Part shown: one piece after another, positions 48,597-58,109 of the stretch
How positions within the stretch are numbered: the first letter of the stretch is position 1
Layout of the letters: every line of letters begins with the position of its first letter
DNA from: Nanobdellota archaeon
Lineage (GTDB): Archaea > Nanobdellota > Nanobdellia > Pacearchaeales > GW2011-AR1
Direction: 5' to 3'
Assembly: GCA_038046005.1 (NCBI GenBank)
Contig: JBBSXB010000009.1
Span: forward strand, 7,952 to 71,951
DNA: 64,000 nt
Made by a program: the position numbers and the translations under genes
The notes under the pieces: generated by a model
What the model was told of the DNA's origin: nothing
Seen by the model: only the letters and a program-made list of their open reading frames with translations
Database searches by the model: none

Positions 48597-49330
48597 TCGC
48601 ACACCCCAAAAGCATAGCCGTTGTTGTCACCAAACCAGCCGTCGCCATCGACATCCAACCTGTTGCGACCAAAGTCTCTGTCGGAGTAAAGACTAGCAAC
48701 TCTTAAAGCAGGTTCTTTAGACTTATCAAAATTAAAAACATTAACTCCTTTCTTGTAAAATTTAGGTGAAGAAATTTCTCTAAGCTTTTCAGCAGTTTTG
48801 TTTTCAATATGTTCTAATATTCTTGCTAATCCGCCTTCACAGAAACTATCACAATCTTGAGTTCCTTGTCTGAATGTTTCGTAAGGTGCAAATCCAAAAT
48901 CATTGTCTAAAAGATAAATCCCGTTTACTTTTCTGTCTGAAGTTAAAAATACTTTAAGAACATTTTCATCAGTTATTGGATTTCCTTGAGCACCTTTTGG
49001 AGGATTTGCAAAAACTCCCTCGCTTGTTCTTACAATGTATCCTAGCTGAAGCCATCTCGGGTCAAAAATCTGCGGTTTAGCTAAATTCCCAAAATCATAA
49101 GCAGCAGCTGAAACTGATTCAGAAGTTGTTGGAGCTTTAAAATTAATCTCTTTTCCTGTTTGTGGATGAGAATAATCTTTTTTCATTTCAGAAATATTTA
49201 TACTAAAATAATTTGACCCAAAAGCCGGATGAGAAACAACCAATCCTTTATTTTTATGAGGAACTACAAGTAAATCTCTTAGCTCATATTCGGACCTTTT
49301 TGCCGTGATTATTCCATATTGCGTTTCCAT
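48587..49330 (-). CDS. conserved hypothetical protein (247 aa) between DisA-like cyclase and the DHH phosphoesterase
   Basis: ORF track; no motif recognised; C-terminal GC-rich Gly/Asp-rich tail DVDGDGWFGDNNGYAFGVCEDA. Confidence 0.4.
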   Translation of the reverse strand: METQYGIITAKRSEYELRDLLVVPHKNKGLVVSHPAFGSNYFSINISEMKKDYSHPQTGKEINFKAPTTSESVSAAAYDFGNLAKPQIFDPRWLQLGYIVRTSEGVFANPPKGAQGNPITDENVLKVFLTSDRKVNGIYLLDNDFGFAPYETFRQGTQDCDSFCEGGLARILEHIENKTAEKLREISSPKFYKKGVNVFNFDKSKEPALRVASLYSDRDFGRNRLDVDGDGWFGDNNGYAFGVCEDA

Positions 49331-49375
49331 GGTTTTCCTATTAACTCGGACTTTTTAAACTTTATTGTGCAGAAA

Positions 49376-50530
49376 TCAAATCTTCTTCCCTTCCAATATC
49401 TTTTCCTTCAAAGATTCCAGATTCCTCTTCAAAGACTCGGCAACAGATTGCTTACCGAGCACAGTCACCAAAACCTGGTCACTTGCCCCAAATAGCTTTC
49501 CCAAAGACTTAAAGTGATTCATCAAAATTCTAAGGTCTTTGTCCAAAAACCCTGTCTTCCTCAAAATTCTAAAACCCCTAGGAAAAACAGATTTATCATG
49601 CAATTCTTCAAAAATAAGTCTAAGCAAATTAGAAGTTTCTATAAGAAAATCATAATTCATTGATCTTAGTATAATGTCAATTTTTGAATGAGATGAACCA
49701 AAATAGTCTCTAAGTATCAATTCTCTTTCATTGTCAAGATTCCTTGTCAACTCCTTGACCCTCATGCTGACTATCAGCCCTTCTTTTCCAAGCTCAATAA
49801 GATATCTCTTTATTGTATCTGTGATTCTCCTTATCATTTCTTTCCTCTGCAAAACATTGCAAACATCACTTGTTGAGACCAGATCAGTAATTTCCAGAAC
49901 ATTCAGGTGCACAATTATGTCATCTAAGACCTCTTTTTGTTTCTCAAGAATCTGCAGGCTTTCTGTAGCCCTTCTCAAGATCTCAGAACTATTCTCTAGA
50001 ACCTGCCTATGCTCTCCCCAATACAAAGATATTTTATTTCTTCTTTCGGAAACAGCAACAACGATTGTCCCAAGCTGTTTGGCAGTTCTCTCGGCAGCTT
50101 TGTGCCTTGTCCCAGTCTCACTTGTCTTGAATGAATCTTTAGGAACAAGCAATGTATTTGCATAAAGAATTTTTTTCAAATCCTTGGAAAGTACAATAGC
50201 TCCATCCATTTTCGCAAGCTCCACAAGTTTTTGGGCGCTGAACCTGCAATTAATTCTGAACCCACCATCAATGATTTTAGACATCCCCTCTTTTTCAACA
50301 ACAATCAACGCCCCCATTCTTGCCCGCATAATATCATCTAAAGCAGTCCTCATAGCAGTTCCAGGAGAAAATATTTTCATTATCTCTAAAAAGTTTGAGT
50401 CATTCTTTTCTTGATTCTTTTGAAGTAATTTGTCCTTTGTATGTTCACCCACAGGCAAGTTAACTAAAGGTTTTGTCTCCTGAATTTTTTCAGGAATCTT
50501 CTCTTTTTTTTCTAAGATTACAGAGTCCAT
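49376..50530 (-). CDS. DisA-like diadenylate cyclase (DAC domain + helical linker + HhH-like C-terminus)
   Basis: DAC signatures DGAIVLS and TGTRHKAAERTAKQLGTIVVAVSE (RHxxA); C-terminal LGKLFGASDQVLVTVLGKQSVAESL HhH-like. Confidence 0.75.
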   Translation of the reverse strand: MDSVILEKKEKIPEKIQETKPLVNLPVGEHTKDKLLQKNQEKNDSNFLEIMKIFSPGTAMRTALDDIMRARMGALIVVEKEGMSKIIDGGFRINCRFSAQKLVELAKMDGAIVLSKDLKKILYANTLLVPKDSFKTSETGTRHKAAERTAKQLGTIVVAVSERRNKISLYWGEHRQVLENSSEILRRATESLQILEKQKEVLDDIIVHLNVLEITDLVSTSDVCNVLQRKEMIRRITDTIKRYLIELGKEGLIVSMRVKELTRNLDNERELILRDYFGSSHSKIDIILRSMNYDFLIETSNLLRLIFEELHDKSVFPRGFRILRKTGFLDKDLRILMNHFKSLGKLFGASDQVLVTVLGKQSVAESLKRNLESLKEKILEGKKI

Positions 50531-50649
50531 GCTTATTTTAACTACTCCATATATATAAAACTTTACAGAAATTTTTTAAATCTTTCTTTTTTGTTTTTAT
50601 TATTTTAAAGAGACACAATGGAAAACTTCTTAAATGAAAAAACCTCACT

Positions 50650-51645
50650 TTGAGAATGGTTGACATAAAAAAAGCGCTTGAAAAAGCAAGAAAAGAAGTT
50701 TTCAAAAAGTCAAAAGAAGTAAAAGGAACAGAAATAAGAGGTCCGGACTTTAACAAAGAGATGTCTCTAAATGAATTAATAAATTCTTACAAAAATATTG
50801 GATTCCAGGCATCAAACCTCCATAAAGCTATAGAAATAATAAAAAAAATGCGAGAAGATAATGCAAAAATATTTCTAGCTTACACATCAGGGATAGTCAG
50901 CTCAGGATTAAGAGACATTGTAAAATATTTGGCCGAAAAAAAATTAGTGGATGTTTTGATAACAACAACTGGGGGAATTGAAGAAGATATAATAAAAACA
51001 TTAAAGCCTTTTGTGCTTGGAAAATTTGACGCAGATGGAAAAGAATTAAGAGAGCGAGGAATTAACAGAATAGGAAATATTTTTGTCCCTAATGATAGGT
51101 ATGTTCTTTTTGAGGATTGGATAAATCCCCAATTAGAAGAGTTATTAAAATTGCAGAAAAAAGGAACTAACCTGACTCCTTCAAAGATTATAGATTTTCT
51201 TGGAGATAAAATAAACAATAAAGAATCAATTTATTATTGGGCTTCAAAAAATAAAATTCCAGTGTTTACGCCAGCCCCTTTAGATGGTTCTTTAGGAGAT
51301 ATGGTCTACTTTTTTAAACAGTCAAACCCAGAGTTTAGAATAGATGTGACTGAAGACCTAAAAAAATTAATTGATATATCAATAAATTCTGAGAAAGTTG
51401 GAATAATAATTTTGGGGGCTGGAATTGTAAAGCATGTGGCATGTAATGCAAACTTGTTCAGAGGCGGAGCTGATTATGCTGTTTACATAAATGCTGCCCA
51501 AGAGTTTGATGGAAGCGATGCTGGAGCAACTCCTGATGAAGCCGTCTCATGGGGAAAAATCAAAGGAGAAGAATCAAACTCTGTGAAAGTTTTCTCAGAT
51601 GCTACGTTGGTTTTCCCATTAATAGTGGCAGAAGCCTTCAAGTAA
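50650..51645 (+). CDS. dys: deoxyhypusine synthase
   Basis: Near-collinear with eukaryotic/archaeal DHS: TTTGGIEEDIIKT, NRIGNIFVPNDRY, PAPLDGSLGDM, GADYAVYINAAQEFDGSDAGATPDEAVSWGKI. Confidence 0.95.
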   Translation: MRMVDIKKALEKARKEVFKKSKEVKGTEIRGPDFNKEMSLNELINSYKNIGFQASNLHKAIEIIKKMREDNAKIFLAYTSGIVSSGLRDIVKYLAEKKLVDVLITTTGGIEEDIIKTLKPFVLGKFDADGKELRERGINRIGNIFVPNDRYVLFEDWINPQLEELLKLQKKGTNLTPSKIIDFLGDKINNKESIYYWASKNKIPVFTPAPLDGSLGDMVYFFKQSNPEFRIDVTEDLKKLIDISINSEKVGIIILGAGIVKHVACNANLFRGGADYAVYINAAQEFDGSDAGATPDEAVSWGKIKGEESNSVKVFSDATLVFPLIVAEAFK

Positions 51646-51701
51646 AGCATATTTTCAAAAACGAAAATCTTTTTAAATGAAGGTTTCATTAAAAATTTAC
51701 A

Positions 51702-51917
51702 ATGAACAAATGGAGTGAACTTTTGCTGGGCCTTATCCTTTTCATAGGAATTATTTTACTAGCTTGGTTCTCGTCAGCAAATGGTTGGGCAATATTCGGA
51801 AAAAATCTTAATCTTTTAACTTCTGCATGGATTGTGTTAAAAGGATTTTTGTTCTGGATGATTTTCTTTGTAGGTTTGCTTTTGATAATTCTGGGAATAA
51901 ACGATTTGAGAAACTAA
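51702..51917 (+). CDS. small membrane protein
   Basis: Two TM helices. Confidence 0.3.
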   Translation: MNKWSELLLGLILFIGIILLAWFSSANGWAIFGKNLNLLTSAWIVLKGFLFWMIFFVGLLLIILGINDLRN

Positions 51918-52561
51918 CCGACAAAAATTATTAGAGTTGTCTCGATTATTGCAGCAATGACCAAAAGAGGAAACACTATCAATAAGAATATTCTTAATGA
52001 ATTAATCAGCCATTCTTTAAAGGAACTTTTTTTTCCATGTATGAAAAGATAAGATCCTAACTTAATTCCAAGCCCCAGGGAAATAAAGACAGCAGGAAGT
52101 TCAAAAATTCCGTGAGGCAAGATTTTCCATAAGATGCCTATCCCACTTACTTTCACACTTATGGCTGCAACAAACCCCAAGATATACCCGTTAAGTAATA
52201 TTGATATAAGAGGGAAAAGCCCAAAGAAAATTCCAAAAGCTAATCCAAAAAAACTGCTTTGGATATTGTTAAAGAATATAAAACCAAGAAGCTGAAGATA
52301 ATTCATTCCTTCTGTCCGTATAATCAAATTTTCCAAATATACTAAAAGTTGTGAATTAAGATCAATTTTAAATAAAGATTTAAACAACAATTGAAGAATA
52401 TCTTGGAAGAAAAATCCTATAACCCCAAAAATAAAGAAAAGTAAAATTGTAGCATAAATAAAATCTCGGGATTCTTTTAAAAATGAAAAACATCTTCGGT
52501 ATTCAGAAATTATTGAAAAATGTTTTTTTCTGAAAGAAACCTTCACTCTTTTTTTCGGCAT
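51914..52561 (-). CDS. SpoIIM-like (DUF95) integral membrane protein
   Basis: HGIFELPAVFISLGLG motif characteristic of the stage II sporulation protein M family. Confidence 0.45.
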   Translation of the reverse strand: MPKKRVKVSFRKKHFSIISEYRRCFSFLKESRDFIYATILLFFIFGVIGFFFQDILQLLFKSLFKIDLNSQLLVYLENLIIRTEGMNYLQLLGFIFFNNIQSSFFGLAFGIFFGLFPLISILLNGYILGFVAAISVKVSGIGILWKILPHGIFELPAVFISLGLGIKLGSYLFIHGKKSSFKEWLINSLRIFLLIVFPLLVIAAIIETTLIIFVG

Positions 52562-52591
52562 TGAAGAAAAAAGTTAACACATTATAAAAAC

Positions 52592-53257
52592 TTAACTAAA
52601 AGCCTGACTGATGTAAAGAGTCTTCTTTTTGTATTTCTTCTTGAGATAAAGACCATAAAAAATACCAAGAATAAATCCTCCAAGATGTGCAGTATTACCT
52701 ATCGAAACATTTCCAGCAATAGAAATCAGCCACAAAACAATCAACATTCCTGGCGCAGCATATTTCATTTTTATAGGGATTGGGATGAACATCAAGTAAA
52801 CTGGAAGATTTGGAGTTAACAGCATTAACAACCCTAGAAGCCCAAATATTGCCCCAGATGCTCCAACAGCATATGCACTAAGTTCTCCAGGCAATATAAA
52901 AGCGGAAACTACAAATAATAAGCCAGCAAAAAGTCCTGCAGCCAAATAAAAGTAAAGATATCTTTTAGACCCTAAAATCCTTTCAATTAAACCCCCTATA
53001 AAAAATAAGGAAAGCATATTTGCAAAAATGTGGAAAAAATTTGCATGCATAAACATACTTGTTAAAAAAGTCCAGAGATATTGTCCGTGAATTATATTGT
53101 CAGGTTTTAATGCTATAAAGTCTATAAATTTGGGATTAAGTGAAAGAAGTATAGAAAACAAAATAAAAGCAGCTACATTAATCAGCACTATTATCAAGGT
53201 TACGCTCAGACTAGAGAGAAAACTTTTTCTTTTTGGAACAGCATAAACCTGGGCCAT
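52592..53257 (-). CDS. rhomboid-family intramembrane serine protease
   Basis: GASGAIFGLLG (catalytic Ser) and downstream AHLGGFILG (catalytic His). Confidence 0.85.
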   Translation of the reverse strand: MAQVYAVPKRKSFLSSLSVTLIIVLINVAAFILFSILLSLNPKFIDFIALKPDNIIHGQYLWTFLTSMFMHANFFHIFANMLSLFFIGGLIERILGSKRYLYFYLAAGLFAGLLFVVSAFILPGELSAYAVGASGAIFGLLGLLMLLTPNLPVYLMFIPIPIKMKYAAPGMLIVLWLISIAGNVSIGNTAHLGGFILGIFYGLYLKKKYKKKTLYISQAFS

Positions 53258-53964
53258 TATCTTTTTTTCTTAGGTTTTATTTTTTTAGAATTATTTTTAG
53301 GCTTCTTACTTACTTTTTTATTGGCCTTAAACAATTTTTTCTTTTTTGTTTTAACAAATTTATGAGATTTATTTTTCTTTATTTTTGTTTTTCCAAGTTT
53401 TGCCTCTTTCTTTTTTGGCTTTTTAACAATCGACAATTTTTCATTTTCAGTTTTAATTTCCTGGTCAACTTCATTAAGTTCTACCTGTAATTTGCTAAGT
53501 CCTTTTTTTAGATCATTAAGTATGGGAACATTATCTAATAGAACAAAAATATTCCCGCATTCTTGACAAGTAAAGTCTTTGAGTAATGCATTTTCTTCAT
53601 TAATTTCCACATGGCACAAAGGACAATAATAGAATTGTCTCGCCTCCCTATTCTTTACTTGATTATTCATTTGAGAAATTTTATTCAGTAGCTCATTTCT
53701 ATAAAATTCCATTGCTTTCACAGGTTCTATCTTCCAAAAATAAGTGTACCATCCTTTTTTCTTATCCTTCTTCCTGACGAAGCTTACAAGACCGCGATCA
53801 GAAATTTTGTACAAAATATTTCTAGTTTGGTTTATAGTTATATTTAATTTCTTTGCTATCAAAAATTCATTGACATGTTGATTGCTGTCTAACAACTCAA
53901 CAATGCCCTCGGCCGGTTTTCCAGCAATTATCACTACTACTTCTCTAAGAATTTTTTTAAGCAT
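53257..53964 (-). CDS. tfe: transcription factor E (TFE, TFIIE-alpha homolog) with Lys-rich C-terminal tail
   Basis: N-terminal winged helix (IAKKLNITINQTRNILYKISDRGLVSF...YTYFWKIE) and zinc ribbon CPLCHVEIN...CQECGN. Confidence 0.8.
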   Translation of the reverse strand: MLKKILREVVVIIAGKPAEGIVELLDSNQHVNEFLIAKKLNITINQTRNILYKISDRGLVSFVRKKDKKKGWYTYFWKIEPVKAMEFYRNELLNKISQMNNQVKNREARQFYYCPLCHVEINEENALLKDFTCQECGNIFVLLDNVPILNDLKKGLSKLQVELNEVDQEIKTENEKLSIVKKPKKKEAKLGKTKIKKNKSHKFVKTKKKKLFKANKKVSKKPKNNSKKIKPKKKR

Positions 53965-54107
53965 TAACTCAATAAAAAAAATCAGAATAAATACCTTTCG
54001 GTTGTTGGTTGATTATAAAATTTATAAGAACGCTTAAAAAATAAAGATTTTTAAACCTATATTGTCTCTTATATATATTAAAATAAGTATATTAGACTAT
54101 ATCAAAA

Positions 54108-54842
54108 ATGGGTTGGTTCAATAAAAAAGAGGAGGTAAAAAGAGATTCTAGTAAGATGAGTCTTCCAGATTTTCCGAGGCTACCAGAACTTCCCGAGTTG
54201 CCACCTTTGTCATTGTCAAAACCAAAAGAGCCATTACCTCAGCTTCCTAGCTTTCCAACAAATCCTTTAGGTGAAAAATTTTCTCAGAATATTATCAAAG
54301 ATGCAATAGCTGGAAAACCAGATTTCAAATTTAGTCCATATCCTGAGGTGAAAAAGAGTGAGAGGACATTCGAAGCAAATGACTTTGCCACATCTAAACA
54401 GGAAATGCAAACGATGCAGAGACCTCTAAAACAACAAAGCAGAGAGTTTGAAATGCCAAAAGTAAAGGAAGTAGAGCCTGAGGAAGAAAATTTCGAAGAT
54501 TTTGAAGTTGAAGATGCAGGAGATGAGGAAGAAACAAAAGAGTATAATGAAACCTATCAAGAGGAACAAGAAGGACCTAGATTTGAATATAAACCGGAAT
54601 TTAGATCATCAAAGTCAAAGAAAAACGAACCTGTATTTATTAGAATAGACAAATTCGAAGAGAGCATGAAGGCGTTTGAAAAGGCCAAAAAAGAAGTTTT
54701 AGAGATAGAAAGAATGTTAAAAGACATTATGAAGGTCAAAGAAGAGGAAGAAAAACAATTAGACTCTTGGGCAAAAGATATTTTGAGAATTAAGGAACAA
54801 ATAGATAAAGTTGACAAAGATATTTTTTCTAAATTAGAATGA
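54108..54842 (+). CDS. hypothetical acidic coiled-coil protein with Pro-rich N-terminus
   Basis: PDFPRLPELPELPPLSLSKPKEPLPQLPSFP repeats; C-terminal coiled coil. Confidence 0.35.
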   Translation: MGWFNKKEEVKRDSSKMSLPDFPRLPELPELPPLSLSKPKEPLPQLPSFPTNPLGEKFSQNIIKDAIAGKPDFKFSPYPEVKKSERTFEANDFATSKQEMQTMQRPLKQQSREFEMPKVKEVEPEEENFEDFEVEDAGDEEETKEYNETYQEEQEGPRFEYKPEFRSSKSKKNEPVFIRIDKFEESMKAFEKAKKEVLEIERMLKDIMKVKEEEEKQLDSWAKDILRIKEQIDKVDKDIFSKLE

Positions 54843-55237
54843 AAACAAAAAACGACAGCTTGATACATGTTAAGCTAGAATACGAAGAAGCTTTGCAATC
54901 AAAAAGAGACATCTTACTTACAGAAAGTGAACTAATAAAAACGGCTCAGGCAATACGGAAATACAAAGAGTTAAGGATGAAAGAGATTGCAATGAAGCTT
55001 GAACTCATAAAGAGAATAAGGGATTTTAAGACGCAATGGCGAAACACGTTGCATCTCTTGCCGCCTTTGGAGCTGCCAAAAATAATCGAAGATATTGAAG
55101 AGGAAAGACACAAAAAAGAACATCATAAAGATAATAAAAAAGCTCACCACGAAAAAAAGGAAAAAACAGAAAAACACCACGATAATCTTGAAGCTCAATT
55201 AAAAGACATACAAGAAAAATTGAATAGACTTGGATAG
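54839..55237 (+). CDS. hypothetical coiled-coil protein with His/Lys-rich segment
   Basis: HKKEHHKDNKKAHHEKKEKTEKHHDN; start overlaps the previous stop by 4 nt. Confidence 0.35.
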   Translation: MKTKNDSLIHVKLEYEEALQSKRDILLTESELIKTAQAIRKYKELRMKEIAMKLELIKRIRDFKTQWRNTLHLLPPLELPKIIEDIEEERHKKEHHKDNKKAHHEKKEKTEKHHDNLEAQLKDIQEKLNRLG

Positions 55238-55273
55238 CAAATAACTTTTAAACTTGGAGTTCTTATTGTTCTT

Positions 55274-57352
55274 ATGAATCGCATACAGCTTATAAAATCA
55301 TACATTGATTTTTTTAAATCAAAAGGCCACAAAGAAATAGAAAATTCCTCTTTAATTCCAAAAGAAGATCCAACTGTTTTATTTACCACAGCAGGTATGC
55401 ATCCTTTAGTCCCATATCTCTTAGGCCAAAAGCATCCTCTTGGGAAAAAACTTTGTAATGTTCAAAGATGTTTAAGAACAGATGATATAGATGAAGTTGG
55501 AGACGAATTCCACCACACTTTTTTTGAAATGTTGGGAAATTGGAGCCTGGGAGACTACTGGAAAAAAGAAGTAATAGAAATGAGTTTTGAATTCTTAACA
55601 CAAGTTTTGAAAATTCCAAAAGAAAAAATAGAAGTAACTTGTTTTGTAGGAGATAAAGATGCTGAAAAAGATAGTGAAGCTGCAGAAGTTTGGAAAAAGT
55701 TGGGAATAAAAAAAATAAAATTCTTGGAAAAAAAAGATAATTGGTGGGGTCCTGCAGGAAAAACAGGTCCTTGCGGGCCAGACACAGAGATGTTTGTCAA
55801 TGGCTGTGAAATATGGAATGATGTTTTCATGCAGTATAAGAGAGATAAAAGAGTAATATTAGTTGATGGAATGCACTGCTTATATGATGATAAGTTTGGT
55901 ATTAATAAAGAATTATTAGAAATAATAAACAACTTGAACAGCCATTGCATACTAACTGTTAATGGATTTAGAGAAAAGGGGTTTAATTTAATAAAAAATC
56001 ACAACCCCAACAAAAATACTAATTGGCAAGCTTTTTCGTTAGAAGAACATGGAATTAAAAAAGATAATCCAGAATATTTTAAAAGACTATTAGCAACATT
56101 TGGTTTAGACTCAAAAGAAACTATTTATTTTGATCATGATAAGAATAATGTAAAAACAGCCGAAAAATTAGGGATACTCTCTAAACATTATAACTCTAAT
56201 AAAGAAATAAAAAAATTCATTGAAGATGATCTGTATAGCACAATCCCAGCAAAACAAAAAAATGTAGACACAGGAATGGGGGTTGAGAGGACTCTTGCAA
56301 TAATAAATGGATTGAATGACAACTATCTTACAGATTCATTTAAACCAATAATAGATGAAATAGAGCATCTTTCTGGAAAAGAATATTCTGGCAAAAACAA
56401 AAAAATAATGAGAATTATTGCAGATCACATAAAAGCTTCTGTTTTTATAATTGCAGAAGGAATAACTCCAGGCAACAAAGAGCAAGGATATGTCTTAAGA
56501 AGATTATTAAGAAGAACAATAATAAATTTGAGAAAGCTCGGATTTATGGGAACTGACTTGATAAACCCAATTGCAGACAAAGTCTATGAAATATACCTAG
56601 ATTATAAAATCCTTCACGAAAAAAGAGAATTTATTTATGAAACAATAAAAAAAGAAGAAGAAAAATTCGAGGAAACTCTTGAAAAAGGCCTCAATCTGCT
56701 TGATAGATTAACAAAAGATAAGAAGAATATATCTGGAAAAGATTCTTTCTTGCTTTTTCAGTCATACGGATTTCCTATTGAAATGACTCTTGAGCTAGCA
56801 AAAGAAAAAAATATTAAGGTCAGCCTAGAAGAATTCAAAGAAGAACTAAAAAAACATCAGGAACTTTCAAGAACAGCGGCAGAAGGAAAATTTAAGTCAG
56901 GTTTAGCAGACCATTCTGAATCAACAACTAGACTTCACACAACCACCCATCTTTTACTTTCAGCATTAAGAAAAGTTCTCAAAGACGAAAAAATAATACA
57001 AAAAGGCTCAAACATAACTCCAGAGAGATTAAGGTTTGATTTTTCTTTTGATAGAAAACTTACTGATGAAGAGATAAAAAAGGCAGAAGCGCTTGTCAAT
57101 GAACAGATAAAGAAAAAAATAAATGTTGTCAGAGAAGAAATGTCGTTAGAACAGGCAAGAAAATCAGGAGCCCTTGGAATCTTCGGAGAAAAATATGGAG
57201 AAAGAGTTTCTGTTTACACAATTGGTAATTTTTCAAAAGAAATCTGCACTGGACCACACGTCAAGAACACTGCAGATATTGGAAATTTCAAAATAGTGAA
57301 AGAAGAGTCATCTTCATCCGGAGTGAGAAGAATTAAAGCTGTGGTTGAGTAA
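55274..57352 (+). CDS. alaS: alanyl-tRNA synthetase, compact form: catalytic + tRNA-recognition + editing domains, no C-Ala domain, with ~135-aa insertion
   Basis: FTTAGMHPL, QRCLRTDD, HHTFFEMLGNWSLGDY, GPCGPDTE, EIWNDVFMQY, DTGMGVERT; editing HTTTHLL and CTGPHV; ends after the editing domain. Confidence 0.9.
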   Translation: MNRIQLIKSYIDFFKSKGHKEIENSSLIPKEDPTVLFTTAGMHPLVPYLLGQKHPLGKKLCNVQRCLRTDDIDEVGDEFHHTFFEMLGNWSLGDYWKKEVIEMSFEFLTQVLKIPKEKIEVTCFVGDKDAEKDSEAAEVWKKLGIKKIKFLEKKDNWWGPAGKTGPCGPDTEMFVNGCEIWNDVFMQYKRDKRVILVDGMHCLYDDKFGINKELLEIINNLNSHCILTVNGFREKGFNLIKNHNPNKNTNWQAFSLEEHGIKKDNPEYFKRLLATFGLDSKETIYFDHDKNNVKTAEKLGILSKHYNSNKEIKKFIEDDLYSTIPAKQKNVDTGMGVERTLAIINGLNDNYLTDSFKPIIDEIEHLSGKEYSGKNKKIMRIIADHIKASVFIIAEGITPGNKEQGYVLRRLLRRTIINLRKLGFMGTDLINPIADKVYEIYLDYKILHEKREFIYETIKKEEEKFEETLEKGLNLLDRLTKDKKNISGKDSFLLFQSYGFPIEMTLELAKEKNIKVSLEEFKEELKKHQELSRTAAEGKFKSGLADHSESTTRLHTTTHLLLSALRKVLKDEKIIQKGSNITPERLRFDFSFDRKLTDEEIKKAEALVNEQIKKKINVVREEMSLEQARKSGALGIFGEKYGERVSVYTIGNFSKEICTGPHVKNTADIGNFKIVKEESSSSGVRRIKAVVE

Positions 57353-57995
57353 AATGCATTTTAAACTTATTGAGTATATTTCCAAGATAAACAAATCCAG
57401 AATTCTTTACAAAAGCAAGATAACAACCATAGATAGATTATCAGAAAAAACAATTTTAAAGATTATTCCAAAAAAAGTAACCCCTAACCATGTCACAACT
57501 TTTAGGTTTATCACAATTCCAATACTAATAACATTGCTCGTGTTTGAATATTACAAGCTAGGAGCCCTGTTGTTTATTATTTCTGCATTTTCAGATGTGA
57601 TAGATGGGGCTCTTGCCAGAACCAAAAATAAAATAACGACTTGGGGGGCAGTATATGACCCAATAGCAGATAAATTATTAATTGGAAGTGTATCAGTAAT
57701 ACTAATTTCTAAATTAATTTCACCGTATCTCAGCCTATTAATAATTGTAATTGAAATAATGATCATCTTGTTGGCATTATATTGCTTCAAAGGAGAAATG
57801 CCTCCAGCCAAGATATTTGGCAAGTTAAAAGGAATTTGTTATACAACAGGGATTTTCTTGTTAATAATTTATTCGCTTAGAAACTTTCAAGTGCTATTGG
57901 GGGTTTCAAAAGTTTTTGTGTATCTTGGGTTGTTGTTTGCAATATTAAGTCCAACATTGTATTACGAGATGTTAAAGAAAAGGTATAAACATTAA
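57345..57995 (+). CDS. CDP-alcohol phosphatidyltransferase-family membrane enzyme
   Basis: DVIDGALARTKNKITTWGAVYDPIADKL matches D-x2-DG-x2-AR...G-x3-D-x3-D. Confidence 0.8.
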   Translation: MSKMHFKLIEYISKINKSRILYKSKITTIDRLSEKTILKIIPKKVTPNHVTTFRFITIPILITLLVFEYYKLGALLFIISAFSDVIDGALARTKNKITTWGAVYDPIADKLLIGSVSVILISKLISPYLSLLIIVIEIMIILLALYCFKGEMPPAKIFGKLKGICYTTGIFLLIIYSLRNFQVLLGVSKVFVYLGLLFAILSPTLYYEMLKKRYKH

Positions 57996-58109
57996 AAACT
58001 GATTTCTCGTCGGGAAAAATATTCTTTCTAAGACTCAAAAATGTACAACTGATTAGATATGGTCTAAAAAAATAAAGTTTTATAAACTGAAAAGTCTTTT
58101 CGATCATGT

